Of a stretch of 64,000 nucleotides of DNA, positions 56,077 to 64,000 are shown in pieces. Every line of letters starts with the position of its first letter. The stretch's first letter is position 1. This DNA comes from Patescibacteria group bacterium (GTDB lineage: Bacteria; Patescibacteriota; Patescibacteriia; Buchananbacterales; UBA6539). A model generated the notes under the pieces. The model had not been told where the DNA came from. It saw nothing but the letters and a program-made list of their open reading frames with translations, and ran no database searches. Made by a program: the position numbers and the translations under genes. The stretch spans positions 855,710 to 919,709 of the forward strand of contig JBAZSB010000001.1 of NCBI GenBank assembly GCA_041662625.1, in the 5' to 3' direction.

Positions 56077-57384
56077 ATGACGAGAAGAATAGAAGGAAGG
56101 GCAGTATTACTGCTCGACAATATTGGCCCGGAGGCTGTACCAATCCTGGAGCAAGTGGGTGTCAGAGTCATTGATGCCAAGCGAGGTTTTGACAAAGATG
56201 CTGAAGCTGCTTTGTGTCAGTACATTACCGTGAATTTCCAAACCGGCGAATTAGCTGCCATCTGCCTGCGTAGTTCGACTACACTGGGAGCAGCGATCAT
56301 GCCGTTTCTGCGAGAAATGGGCGTCGAACTCATTGTCCGGTTTGGCTCAGGAACGGATAACATTGATGAGACAGCCGCCAGTGAAGTCGGGATCATCGTG
56401 GAGAACACGGCTGGCCAGAATGCCAATGGCGTAGCCGAGCTCGTGCCCGCTTTCATGGTTGCCTTGACTCGAAATGTTGATAAGGCCATCAAGGCGATGC
56501 TTGCCCGAGAAATATTGCCCAAGCTGTTGGCTGCTAGAGCACAGTTGAGCGATTGCCCGAGTGCTATTGATGAGCTGGTCACCCAGTTGCAAGGTTATGC
56601 TAAGGCTGAGAAGACCGGCTTTAAGGGTACCGAGATCGAAGGCAAGACGGTAGGCATCATCGGCTTGGGCCGAATTGGCTCAAAGGTAGCCAGAAAACTG
56701 CTCGGTATGGGGATGAAGGTTTTGGCTTATGACCCGAAATCCGAGCTGGAAATTACTGGTGTCACTCGAGTTGAACTGGCAACGCTTCTGGCCGAGTCAG
56801 ACTTCATCACCATCCACGCCAGTGGCAGCCAGCAGTTGATTGGTCAAGAAGAGATTCAGCAGATGGCAAAAAGACCATATCTGTTTAACCTCGCGCGGCG
56901 TGGGGTCGTGGATTTGGCGGCAGTTATGGCGGCACTGCAGGCCGATCAACTAGCCGGCTTTGCGTCAGACCTGGACGATCCGGCACATCCCGTATTTGGT
57001 TTGGCTCATACGATCATCACGCCTCACATCGGTGCCACCACTAAAGAGTCAGAAGCACGCTGTGCTCAAGTAGGTGCTCAACACGTGGTCGACTGGCTGA
57101 CTGACGGTTTCATCTGTGATGGCGTCAATATTCCGGACACGGCTATCAAGCGACGTCAGAATGGCCGGTTGGTGGTCTTGAACCGGAATGAGCCGGGAGC
57201 ACTTGGCGCAGTTACTGACTGCGTGAGAGATCGAGGCCTCAATATTCATTCCTTGGCGAATGAAGGTCGGGAACGGGGTGGACTGGCCTACACCGTCATG
57301 GACCTAGATGATCCTTTTGGTGAAGACCTGATTGCTGCCCTGGCAGCGTTGCCTCAGGTCGTGAGGGTTATTGGTTTGAAGTAA
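56077..57384 (+). CDS. serA: D-3-phosphoglycerate dehydrogenase-like protein with C-terminal ACT domain
   Basis: RFGSGTDNID, NTAGQNANGVAE, GIIGLGRIG, TPHIGATT.E, ACT-like NRNEPGALG; SD AAGGAG. Confidence 0.8.
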   Translation: MTRRIEGRAVLLLDNIGPEAVPILEQVGVRVIDAKRGFDKDAEAALCQYITVNFQTGELAAICLRSSTTLGAAIMPFLREMGVELIVRFGSGTDNIDETAASEVGIIVENTAGQNANGVAELVPAFMVALTRNVDKAIKAMLAREILPKLLAARAQLSDCPSAIDELVTQLQGYAKAEKTGFKGTEIEGKTVGIIGLGRIGSKVARKLLGMGMKVLAYDPKSELEITGVTRVELATLLAESDFITIHASGSQQLIGQEEIQQMAKRPYLFNLARRGVVDLAAVMAALQADQLAGFASDLDDPAHPVFGLAHTIITPHIGATTKESEARCAQVGAQHVVDWLTDGFICDGVNIPDTAIKRRQNGRLVVLNRNEPGALGAVTDCVRDRGLNIHSLANEGRERGGLAYTVMDLDDPFGEDLIAALAALPQVVRVIGLK

Positions 57385-57411
57385 CCTGGCGTAAGCTAGA
57401 GTTCTTAGTTC

Positions 57412-57445
57412 GCCTCTGTCTTTAACCGGACAGAGGCATTTTTTT
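57412..57445 (+). terminator. Intrinsic terminator after serA
   Basis: gcctctgtc / gacagaggc stem followed by T7. Confidence 0.85.
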
Positions 57446-57517
57446 AATATTTTTTTGCTTTAATATTTGTTTGTAATTTCCTGGATTAATTTTTTACAAA
57501 TTGGCAAGGCGGGTTGA

Positions 57518-57639
57518 CCCGGTAGTGATCCCCCCACTTTTATATGTGGGATCACAAACGGGTGAGATATAAAAAATTATAATTAATATTATTAATAGAT
57601 AACTCCCATAATTAAAAAAGTGGGGGGACTACTACCGGG
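57518..57639. mobile_element. MITE copy 2
   Basis: Identical to copy 1 except one G fewer in the right G run; flanked by the direct repeat ttga. Confidence 0.85.
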
Positions 57640-57667
57640 TTGACAAAGCTATTATTTGTTGTATAAT
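57640..57667 (+). promoter_or_regulatory. Consensus sigma70 promoter for khpA
   Basis: TTGACA-16 bp-TATAAT. Confidence 0.8.
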
Positions 57668-57807
57668 ATTTTAAGTTCCTCAAAACAGGAACTGGTACCA
57701 GACTGTTTTTCAGCAACCTCTCGGTTGCCTGGAAGGTCGGCAGACTGGTTGTTAATGTAAGTAATTCATTCCGACTTTCTTGAGTCGGAGTGACACGGTA
57801 TTGTTCT

Positions 57808-58122
57808 ATGGCAGCAAAAGAAGCTGATCAAGAGTTTGTCGAACACCTTGTCAAAGCCATTGTGGCTAACCCAAGTGATGTGAAGACAGAACGAACAGTT
57901 GACGAGATGGGAGTATTAATTACTCTTCATCTAAACCCATCAGACATGGGCTATGTCATTGGCCGCCAAGGCCAAACTGCTCGGGCAATCCGCACCCTCC
58001 TTAAAATTGTTGGTGCTAAACACAATGCCCGGGTCAACCTCAAAATTCATGAACCTGAAGGTTCAAGACGAGGCCGAGCTGCTGAAGCTGATACTTCAGT
58101 AGTCGACGATTTAAAAATCTAA
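57808..58122 (+). CDS. khpA: KH-domain RNA-binding protein KhpA/YlqC
   Basis: DMGYVIGRQGQTARAIRTLL; ATG 57808; usual partner of rpsP. Confidence 0.9.
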   Translation: MAAKEADQEFVEHLVKAIVANPSDVKTERTVDEMGVLITLHLNPSDMGYVIGRQGQTARAIRTLLKIVGAKHNARVNLKIHEPEGSRRGRAAEADTSVVDDLKI

Positions 58123-58132
58123 CTAGGATTTT

Positions 58133-58234
58133 CCCCCCTCACCTTCTGCACGTCATCAAACTAATTGACCAAGTTTTTCAAGAGTTTGCATCAATTAGTT
58201 TATGAAGATAATGATGGATAGAAGGTGAGGGGGG
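58133..58234. mobile_element. MITE-like palindrome
   Basis: 15-bp IR cccccctcaccttct / agaaggtgagggggg plus inner IR aaactaattga / tcaattagttt. Confidence 0.55.
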
Positions 58235-58321
58235 TTTGTTTACCAAAAGTTAGACAAAAGTGGCGATAATTGTTAAATTTAAGTATATAAGTCTATTTAA
58301 AATAGCTCTGTTTCATAGAAT

Positions 58322-59857
58322 ATGAAGGGAAATTTAAGCAAGGGACGGATAATTTTACTAGCCATGGTTTTAGGCTTTGTTTTTATATTTGTTTATAGTC
58401 CTCATTTTAGTTATCCTTTCCCGTTTCATATTGATGAGTGGCATCATATTTCTCAGTCAATTAGGCTAGGAAATTATGGTGATTATTTTCAAATGATGCA
58501 ACTTGAGAATGCCAGAAGGGCGCCCGGGATGGAGATTGGCTTTCATTTCTTTTTGTTTTTAATTTCTTGGTTATTTAATTTAGTTTCCACTTATCAATTT
58601 TTACCAGCATTTTGGGCAGTAATTTCCGCCCTAGTTTTGTTTTTTGTTGTTTACAAAAAAACCGATCGGAATTTTTTTCTGGCCTTGCTAGCTATTATTT
58701 TTTTTGGTTCGCTTAAATCCAACACCAATCTGACTGGACTGTGGTTTTTTACGCCCCTAACTTTTTCTATCCCCTTAATTTTTCTTTATTTTTATTTATT
58801 TAGTGAAGGCGTGGAAAAACAAAATAATAAACTAATTTTAGCCAGCCTGGCTTTGATGATAATTTTGATTCCAACCCATTCTATCTCTTTACTTTTTGCC
58901 CTGCCTGCCCTCATCATTTATTTAATTTTTAATTTTAAGTATGTTTTTAAAAATAGTCTTTTATTTTTGACCTTTTTGATCATCCCAATTTTTGGCGTTT
59001 TGTTTTACAAGTATATTTTGGATGTTCCGTGGGGGCAATTAATTAGCCATCTGGCGCAGACTTTGCAATTCCCGCATGGCTGGGGAGTATTAGAATTAAA
59101 AAATTCACCGTTCGAAATTTATAACTGGGCTGGTTATTTTTTTGCTTTGGTTGGTGTCGCCGCAATTGTTCTGAGCCATAAAACTAAAAAATACCTTATC
59201 TATCTCCTTTGGCCGGCAACTATTATTATCTCAATAATTATTTACCGGACAACTGGCATTTCTTATCTTAGCCCTTATCAAAGGAATTTTTATTATTTAG
59301 CCATTAGCCTGCCATTTTTAAGTGCCTTTGGTCTTTATACTTTTATCATTTTAACCAGAAAATATTTGCAGCGATTTGTTTTTCTTCCTCCCAACCAATC
59401 AGTTGGTGCTGTCACGATTAATATTAAAGTCAACCCCAAATATGAAAGGTTGACTCTCAATTTGGTTACTACCATTATTTTTTGTGTTGTTTTAATTCTA
59501 ACCTTTGCCAATTATTATTCTATCCCTAAGCAACTCGGGCTTTATCAAGTGATTGATTCTGACGATTATCAAGTCTTAACTTATTTGTCATCGTTGCCAA
59601 AAGGGAAAGTGATGTCTAATCCATTTCTGGCTTCAGCTATTTTCCCTGTCACCGGTAATGAAACTGTAGCGGATGTTAGTTTTTATGGTGATCGAAAAAT
59701 AATTGAGGAGTTTTTCTTATTTTCCGAGTGTCCAAGAAAAGATGAAATTATTAAGGAACAAAACGTCAGGTACATAATCTCTCCGGCTCCTTTAAGCTGT
59801 GATTTTAAGGTTATTTATGCCCAAAAGAATAATATTGTCTACGAAGTTGTGCAGTAA
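58322..59857 (+). CDS. Polytopic membrane protein, GT-C-like
   Basis: IDEWHH after TM1; many TMs; soluble C-terminal domain. Confidence 0.65.
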   Translation: MKGNLSKGRIILLAMVLGFVFIFVYSPHFSYPFPFHIDEWHHISQSIRLGNYGDYFQMMQLENARRAPGMEIGFHFFLFLISWLFNLVSTYQFLPAFWAVISALVLFFVVYKKTDRNFFLALLAIIFFGSLKSNTNLTGLWFFTPLTFSIPLIFLYFYLFSEGVEKQNNKLILASLALMIILIPTHSISLLFALPALIIYLIFNFKYVFKNSLLFLTFLIIPIFGVLFYKYILDVPWGQLISHLAQTLQFPHGWGVLELKNSPFEIYNWAGYFFALVGVAAIVLSHKTKKYLIYLLWPATIIISIIIYRTTGISYLSPYQRNFYYLAISLPFLSAFGLYTFIILTRKYLQRFVFLPPNQSVGAVTINIKVNPKYERLTLNLVTTIIFCVVLILTFANYYSIPKQLGLYQVIDSDDYQVLTYLSSLPKGKVMSNPFLASAIFPVTGNETVADVSFYGDRKIIEEFFLFSECPRKDEIIKEQNVRYIISPAPLSCDFKVIYAQKNNIVYEVVQ

Positions 59858-59995
59858 CTGGGGGCGGAAATGATCGATCAACTAATTTTGGTAATGGCAA
59901 AGTGGCTTGAGCGAACTGAGTGAAATCAAAATTCGTTTTTAACCTTAATCGTTTCAGACGATTTTTTCTTCTTTAATAGGGATTAAAGAAAAATA

Positions 59996-61921
59996 ATGAT
60001 GCCATTAAATAAAGATTTGTTTTGCAAGTTCAAAAAGGTTATTGCTAATGAGTATTTTATTATTGCCGCTATTATTTTTTTAGCTTACCTTTTGCGCGTC
60101 CTGCCTTATTTGTTGGGTTATCCCCTGCCTTTCACGGAAAACGGGATAATGGATTTTGACCAAGTTAAATATTTAATTTCTAACCACAAAATCAATTTTA
60201 CCGATAGCTATTATTATTATGGCTCATTTCCAGTTGTCCATTTAATCATTTTTTTTATTTCCCTTTTTGGTTTTGACGCCTTAAAGACTTTTTTGTTTGT
60301 CCCCCAAATTTTTGCCAGCCTAGGGATTTTATTTTTTTATCTATTTCTTAGGAGGTATTTTTCAGTCAAGCAAAGTTTATTTGCTTGTTTTTTAATTGCG
60401 GTTTTTGGTCCGCATATTCATTGGAGTGCCCAACCCGGCCGGGAAAGTTTGGGCTTATTTTTCTTCCCCCTAGTTATTTATTTGTTTGATCGAGAGTTTG
60501 TTGGTGTCACCAAAAAATCTGTTTGGAATAAAATCCTTTTGGTAACCAGTTTGATTTTAATGATTTTATCTCATCATTGGTCGACGATAATGCTGGCTGG
60601 TTGGCTGTTGATTTTCAGTTTTTTATTTATTAAGGAAAAGAAAAAACTTTCAACGGTACTTTTGGTGATTAGTTATTTTGTTGTTTTTGCCATTATTTAT
60701 TGGTATCTGTGTTTTCCTATGGCATTTACTTTAATAAATAATAGAATATATCTTAACTCAATAATTCCTTTAGTTGTCATATTATTAGTTTTTCTTATTT
60801 GGTTAAAGCTTAAAAAATTTAGCCAATTTAATTTAAACCAGCTAAAAATCAGGTATTTACAAGAGTTATCTTATCTTTCCATTGCAATCTTAGTTATTAT
60901 TTTGGCAATGAAAATATTACCCATGCTTTATCCACTTCAGCTTTGGTTGATGTTTATTTTTTTCGCCTTGTTCATTTTGGTTGGATTTTTTAGCAGTCGG
61001 GATAACAACTTGAATAAATTAATGGTCATTAATATTTTTTACCTATCATTTTGGGTAATTACTGTTTTTTATATTATCAACGGTAAACGAATTATTTCTA
61101 TGCCGTTTGACCCTTTCCGAACACTTGAATTTATGATTTTCCCTTCAGCAATTGCCGCGGCTGTTGGTTTCCTTAAATTAACTAGTAACAAAAAATCTTT
61201 GATATTTGGTAGTATCGGTATTCTAATTTTTTTAGCTACCTTAACTTATCCACCCATTTTTATCTATAAAAATAAATTTCAAAATACAATTTTTTATGAT
61301 ATTCGGAGTGAAATTCGGTATCTGCCGTCCGGCATCCCCGAACTGGTTAAATGGGCTAATAATCATGGTTATGGTGTTAAATCGATTATTCCGGAAGTGA
61401 ATGCTTATCAAAGAGTGTTTTTCCCTGCCAAAGAGGATAGTTTGACCCTAGTAACTAATCAGGAAAAATTTATTGCTGATTATTATGATTTGATTAAAGA
61501 TCCGATCCTGAAAATTCCTAATCCAAAATTTTGGGTGGTTGAACGAGATAATCAGGTGGTAGCCTTCGAAAATGATAGCGGTAAGTTGATTCGGCCGCTG
61601 TATGATGCCAGATTTATTTCTTTTGATTACCCCTCGGTTGTAAGTGTGGGTGAAAAACTAGTTATTAAAATTAGATTCAAAAATACCGGCAGTGCCACCT
61701 GGCTACCTAATGAAGTAAAATTGATTGGGGGTAAAACTTTATTTGCCCGTATTGATAAAGCTGTTTTACCTGATGAAGTGGGCGAGTTTATTTTTAGCAG
61801 AACTGTTCCGGCTTTATCCGGCGACGGCATTATTAATTGGTATCCCTATCATCTAAGTGTTGGACTTTTTGGTGATTGGCCTCAGGAAACTAGAATTACA
61901 GTGGTGGGATCAGAACAATAA
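59996..61921 (+). CDS. Polytopic membrane protein (GT-C-like) with C-terminal Ig-like domain
   Basis: YGSFP, RES, SHHWST; C-terminal FKNTGSATW...VLPDE (NBR1-Ig-like). Confidence 0.6.
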   Translation: MMPLNKDLFCKFKKVIANEYFIIAAIIFLAYLLRVLPYLLGYPLPFTENGIMDFDQVKYLISNHKINFTDSYYYYGSFPVVHLIIFFISLFGFDALKTFLFVPQIFASLGILFFYLFLRRYFSVKQSLFACFLIAVFGPHIHWSAQPGRESLGLFFFPLVIYLFDREFVGVTKKSVWNKILLVTSLILMILSHHWSTIMLAGWLLIFSFLFIKEKKKLSTVLLVISYFVVFAIIYWYLCFPMAFTLINNRIYLNSIIPLVVILLVFLIWLKLKKFSQFNLNQLKIRYLQELSYLSIAILVIILAMKILPMLYPLQLWLMFIFFALFILVGFFSSRDNNLNKLMVINIFYLSFWVITVFYIINGKRIISMPFDPFRTLEFMIFPSAIAAAVGFLKLTSNKKSLIFGSIGILIFLATLTYPPIFIYKNKFQNTIFYDIRSEIRYLPSGIPELVKWANNHGYGVKSIIPEVNAYQRVFFPAKEDSLTLVTNQEKFIADYYDLIKDPILKIPNPKFWVVERDNQVVAFENDSGKLIRPLYDARFISFDYPSVVSVGEKLVIKIRFKNTGSATWLPNEVKLIGGKTLFARIDKAVLPDEVGEFIFSRTVPALSGDGIINWYPYHLSVGLFGDWPQETRITVVGSEQ

Positions 61922-61933
61922 TGATTTTGGTCA

Positions 61934-62713
61934 ATGGCTAGCAATTTTTGGCTAGCAGCAGTTAAGATGATTAATAAAATGTTGATAAAAGATAAAATTA
62001 ATATCGAAGTTGATTTGCCGGTTTTTAATGAGCAGGATTGTTTGCAAAAAAATGCCGAGAGGTTGATTGATTTTTTAAAGTCGAGTGATTTTAATTATTC
62101 TTGGCGAATCGTTATCATTGATAATGGCTCCACTGATAACACTCTAGCAATCGCCGAACAGTTGAAGGAGAGATATCCCGAGGTTGACTATCTTAAACTA
62201 ACTCAAAAAGGCCGGGGCCGAGCTTTATGTCAAGCCTGGTTAAAAAGCCAAGCCGACATTGTCAGTTATATGGACATTGATTTAGCTACTGATCTAGCAG
62301 CTTTCCCCGCTTTAATTGATGTAGTTGCTAACCAGGGATTTGATCTTGCCACTGGTTCACGAATGATGAAAGAATCTAAAGTCAAAAGGTCATTCAAAAG
62401 AGAAGTTCTGTCTCGAGGATATATTTTTTTGCTAAGGCATTTTTTACACGTTAATTTTTTAGATGCTCAGTGTGGTTTTAAAGCTTTAAACCGAAAAGTA
62501 ATTGAAAATATTCTACCTCAGGTTTTGGATCAGCAGTGGTTTTTTGATTCCGAGCTTTTAATCAAATGCCAGCGTTATGGTTATAGAATTAAAGAAATTC
62601 CGATACAATGGACTGAAGATAAAGGCAGTAAAGTAGAAATTTTTAAAACTGTGGGTAATTATATATTTTCCGTCTTAAGGTTGAAGAAAGAATTTAAAAA
62701 TTATGAAAAATAA
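61934..62713 (+). CDS. GT2 polyprenol-phosphate glycosyltransferase
   Basis: LPVFNEQ, DNGSTD, YMDIDLATD, DAQCGFKA, WFFDSEL; true start may be a later ATG. Confidence 0.88.
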   Translation: MASNFWLAAVKMINKMLIKDKINIEVDLPVFNEQDCLQKNAERLIDFLKSSDFNYSWRIVIIDNGSTDNTLAIAEQLKERYPEVDYLKLTQKGRGRALCQAWLKSQADIVSYMDIDLATDLAAFPALIDVVANQGFDLATGSRMMKESKVKRSFKREVLSRGYIFLLRHFLHVNFLDAQCGFKALNRKVIENILPQVLDQQWFFDSELLIKCQRYGYRIKEIPIQWTEDKGSKVEIFKTVGNYIFSVLRLKKEFKNYEK

Positions 62714-64000
62714 GTTTGATTATCACGTCAATAATTACCTAGGTGTTTTAGGGGTAATAATTTTAATGGGAATTTTTTTAAGATTAGTCTTCCTGTCAAA
62801 TTTAGGAGGGATGGGCTGGGATGAGGCTTCTCATTCTTTAGCCGGGGTGCTGTTGGCCCGTCTGGTTCATAATGGCTTTGATATCGGCTATTTGCATAAA
62901 TTTATTAGTAATTATTGGGCTAGCGCGGGCAGTCTTTTCTTTTTTCCCTGGGGCTACTCAATTTTAACTGCTCTTTCTTTTCTTTTTTTTGGCTTTAATG
63001 AGTTGGCTGCCCGGCTGCCCAGCTGGGTTTTTAGTGTGCTATTAATTTTTGTTACTTATCTTTTAGCCGAAAAATTGTTTGATAAAAAAATTGGATTACT
63101 TGCAGCTTTTATTACTGCTGTTAACCCCTGGATTATTTTATGGGGTAGCCAAGCCTTAGCCGATGTACCAATGGTTTGTTTAATGATTTTAGCGATTTAT
63201 TTTTGTCTTCAAGGTATTGAAAAACCCGGGATGAAATATTGGATTTGGTCAGGCCTGGCAGGGGGTTTAGCCGGCTTAATGAAGCCACCCGGCTTCATTA
63301 TTTTTCCCTTTTTGGCATTTACCGTCAGTTATTTCCAAGGTTTAAATTATCTAATGAAAAAACAATTTTTAGTTTTGGCTTTGATTGGATTTATATGTTT
63401 TCTTTCGTATTTCGGTTTTGGGCTACTAGCAATTTTGGTTTTGCCAAGGTTAGGAATAATTAATGCCGAGTCCGGCCTTTTAATTTTTAAAAGTATTTTT
63501 CAGTGGTTTGGCCGGTTCCTGCCGTCGAATTTTTTTCAATGGTTTGGTAAAGATTTGATTTACGCCGATTTGGGCGATCCAAATTTTAAAAGCTTAGAAG
63601 GCTGGCTTTATTATTTAAAATTAATTCCGGCGCAGATGGGCGGTTATCTGGTTGTTATTCTTTCAATAATTGGTGCCATCAAACTTTTTCTTGATAAAAA
63701 TTTTAAGAGAAATTTGTATTTGATTTTTACTTTTGTCATTTCTATTTATTTGATTTTTACTTTTATCGCCAATAAAGATACACGCTTTACCCTACCTTAC
63801 TTGCCGTTTTTTTGCATTTTAGCCGGTATTGGTGTTAGCTTTCTAATTTCTATTTTCAAAACAAAACTTCGGGTAGTATTTCTAGTTTTAATTTTGGCGG
63901 TTATTCTAGTAGTTTCAACCCAGCAATTGAACGAGTTCGCCGGGGGAAGTGATATCAGAGTTTATTTGGTAGATGCTATTAATACCATTATTAATTCAAA
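62703..64000 (+). CDS. ArnT/PMT (GT39/GT83)-like glycosyltransferase, truncated by the window end
   Basis: ATG 62703: MKNKFDY...LRL...WDEASH...AARLPS...ADVP...MKPPG...KDTRF; frame appears open to the window end. Confidence 0.8.
   Translation, partial: MKNKFDYHVNNYLGVLGVIILMGIFLRLVFLSNLGGMGWDEASHSLAGVLLARLVHNGFDIGYLHKFISNYWASAGSLFFFPWGYSILTALSFLFFGFNELAARLPSWVFSVLLIFVTYLLAEKLFDKKIGLLAAFITAVNPWIILWGSQALADVPMVCLMILAIYFCLQGIEKPGMKYWIWSGLAGGLAGLMKPPGFIIFPFLAFTVSYFQGLNYLMKKQFLVLALIGFICFLSYFGFGLLAILVLPRLGIINAESGLLIFKSIFQWFGRFLPSNFFQWFGKDLIYADLGDPNFKSLEGWLYYLKLIPAQMGGYLVVILSIIGAIKLFLDKNFKRNLYLIFTFVISIYLIFTFIANKDTRFTLPYLPFFCILAGIGVSFLISIFKTKLRVVFLVLILAVILVVSTQQLNEFAGGSDIRVYLVDAINTIINS

Noticed and set aside
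55755-57639. Composite transposon that delivered serA
   Set aside because: Each MITE has its own target duplication, and the serA leader promoter lies outside the left copy.
828-63463. Numerous 60-140-aa alternative-frame ORFs overlapping called genes
   Set aside because: Nested in or antisense to well-supported genes, with no motifs.
1-64000. Recoded genetic code (TGA=Gly), tRNA/rRNA genes, prophage
   Set aside because: Conserved genes are intact under code 11 and some end in TGA (e.g. smc, rnpA). No cloverleaf, rRNA or phage hallmark genes were recognised.

Overview
AT-rich bacterial chromosomal window using the standard code (TGA = stop). Gene content points to a Patescibacteria/CPR (Parcubacteria-like) genome (inference). 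In order it holds: a tandem array of at least 8 VirB2/TrbC-like pilin genes; GT-C/GT2 surface-glycosylation genes; yebC-ruvC; a glycogen/alpha-glucan cluster including a GH57-phosphotransferase fusion; a class A PBP; an integrase-less, progressively eroded integron-like cassette array (attI-like site, two intact attC sites, collapsed attC remnants, ~27.0-34.3 kb); the replication-origin region (dnaN-oriC-dnaA / rpmH-rnpA-yidD-yidC); holA, polA, a short smc, rpsP and khpA, with several GC-rich genes interleaved; and a second glycosylation cluster. The top finding is an unannotated 33-aa leader ORF with 12 Ser codons (7 consecutive). It overlaps a complete 1:2 / 2:3 / 3:4 attenuator geometry directly upstream of a serA-like gene, making it a candidate serine-sensing, ribosome-mediated transcription attenuator, and a MITE has inserted at its start codon. 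Several MITEs, REP-like units and periodic palindromes were also found, some translated in frame inside core genes. No tRNA, rRNA or CRISPR array was recognised. All calls come from reading motifs by eye, without database searches.
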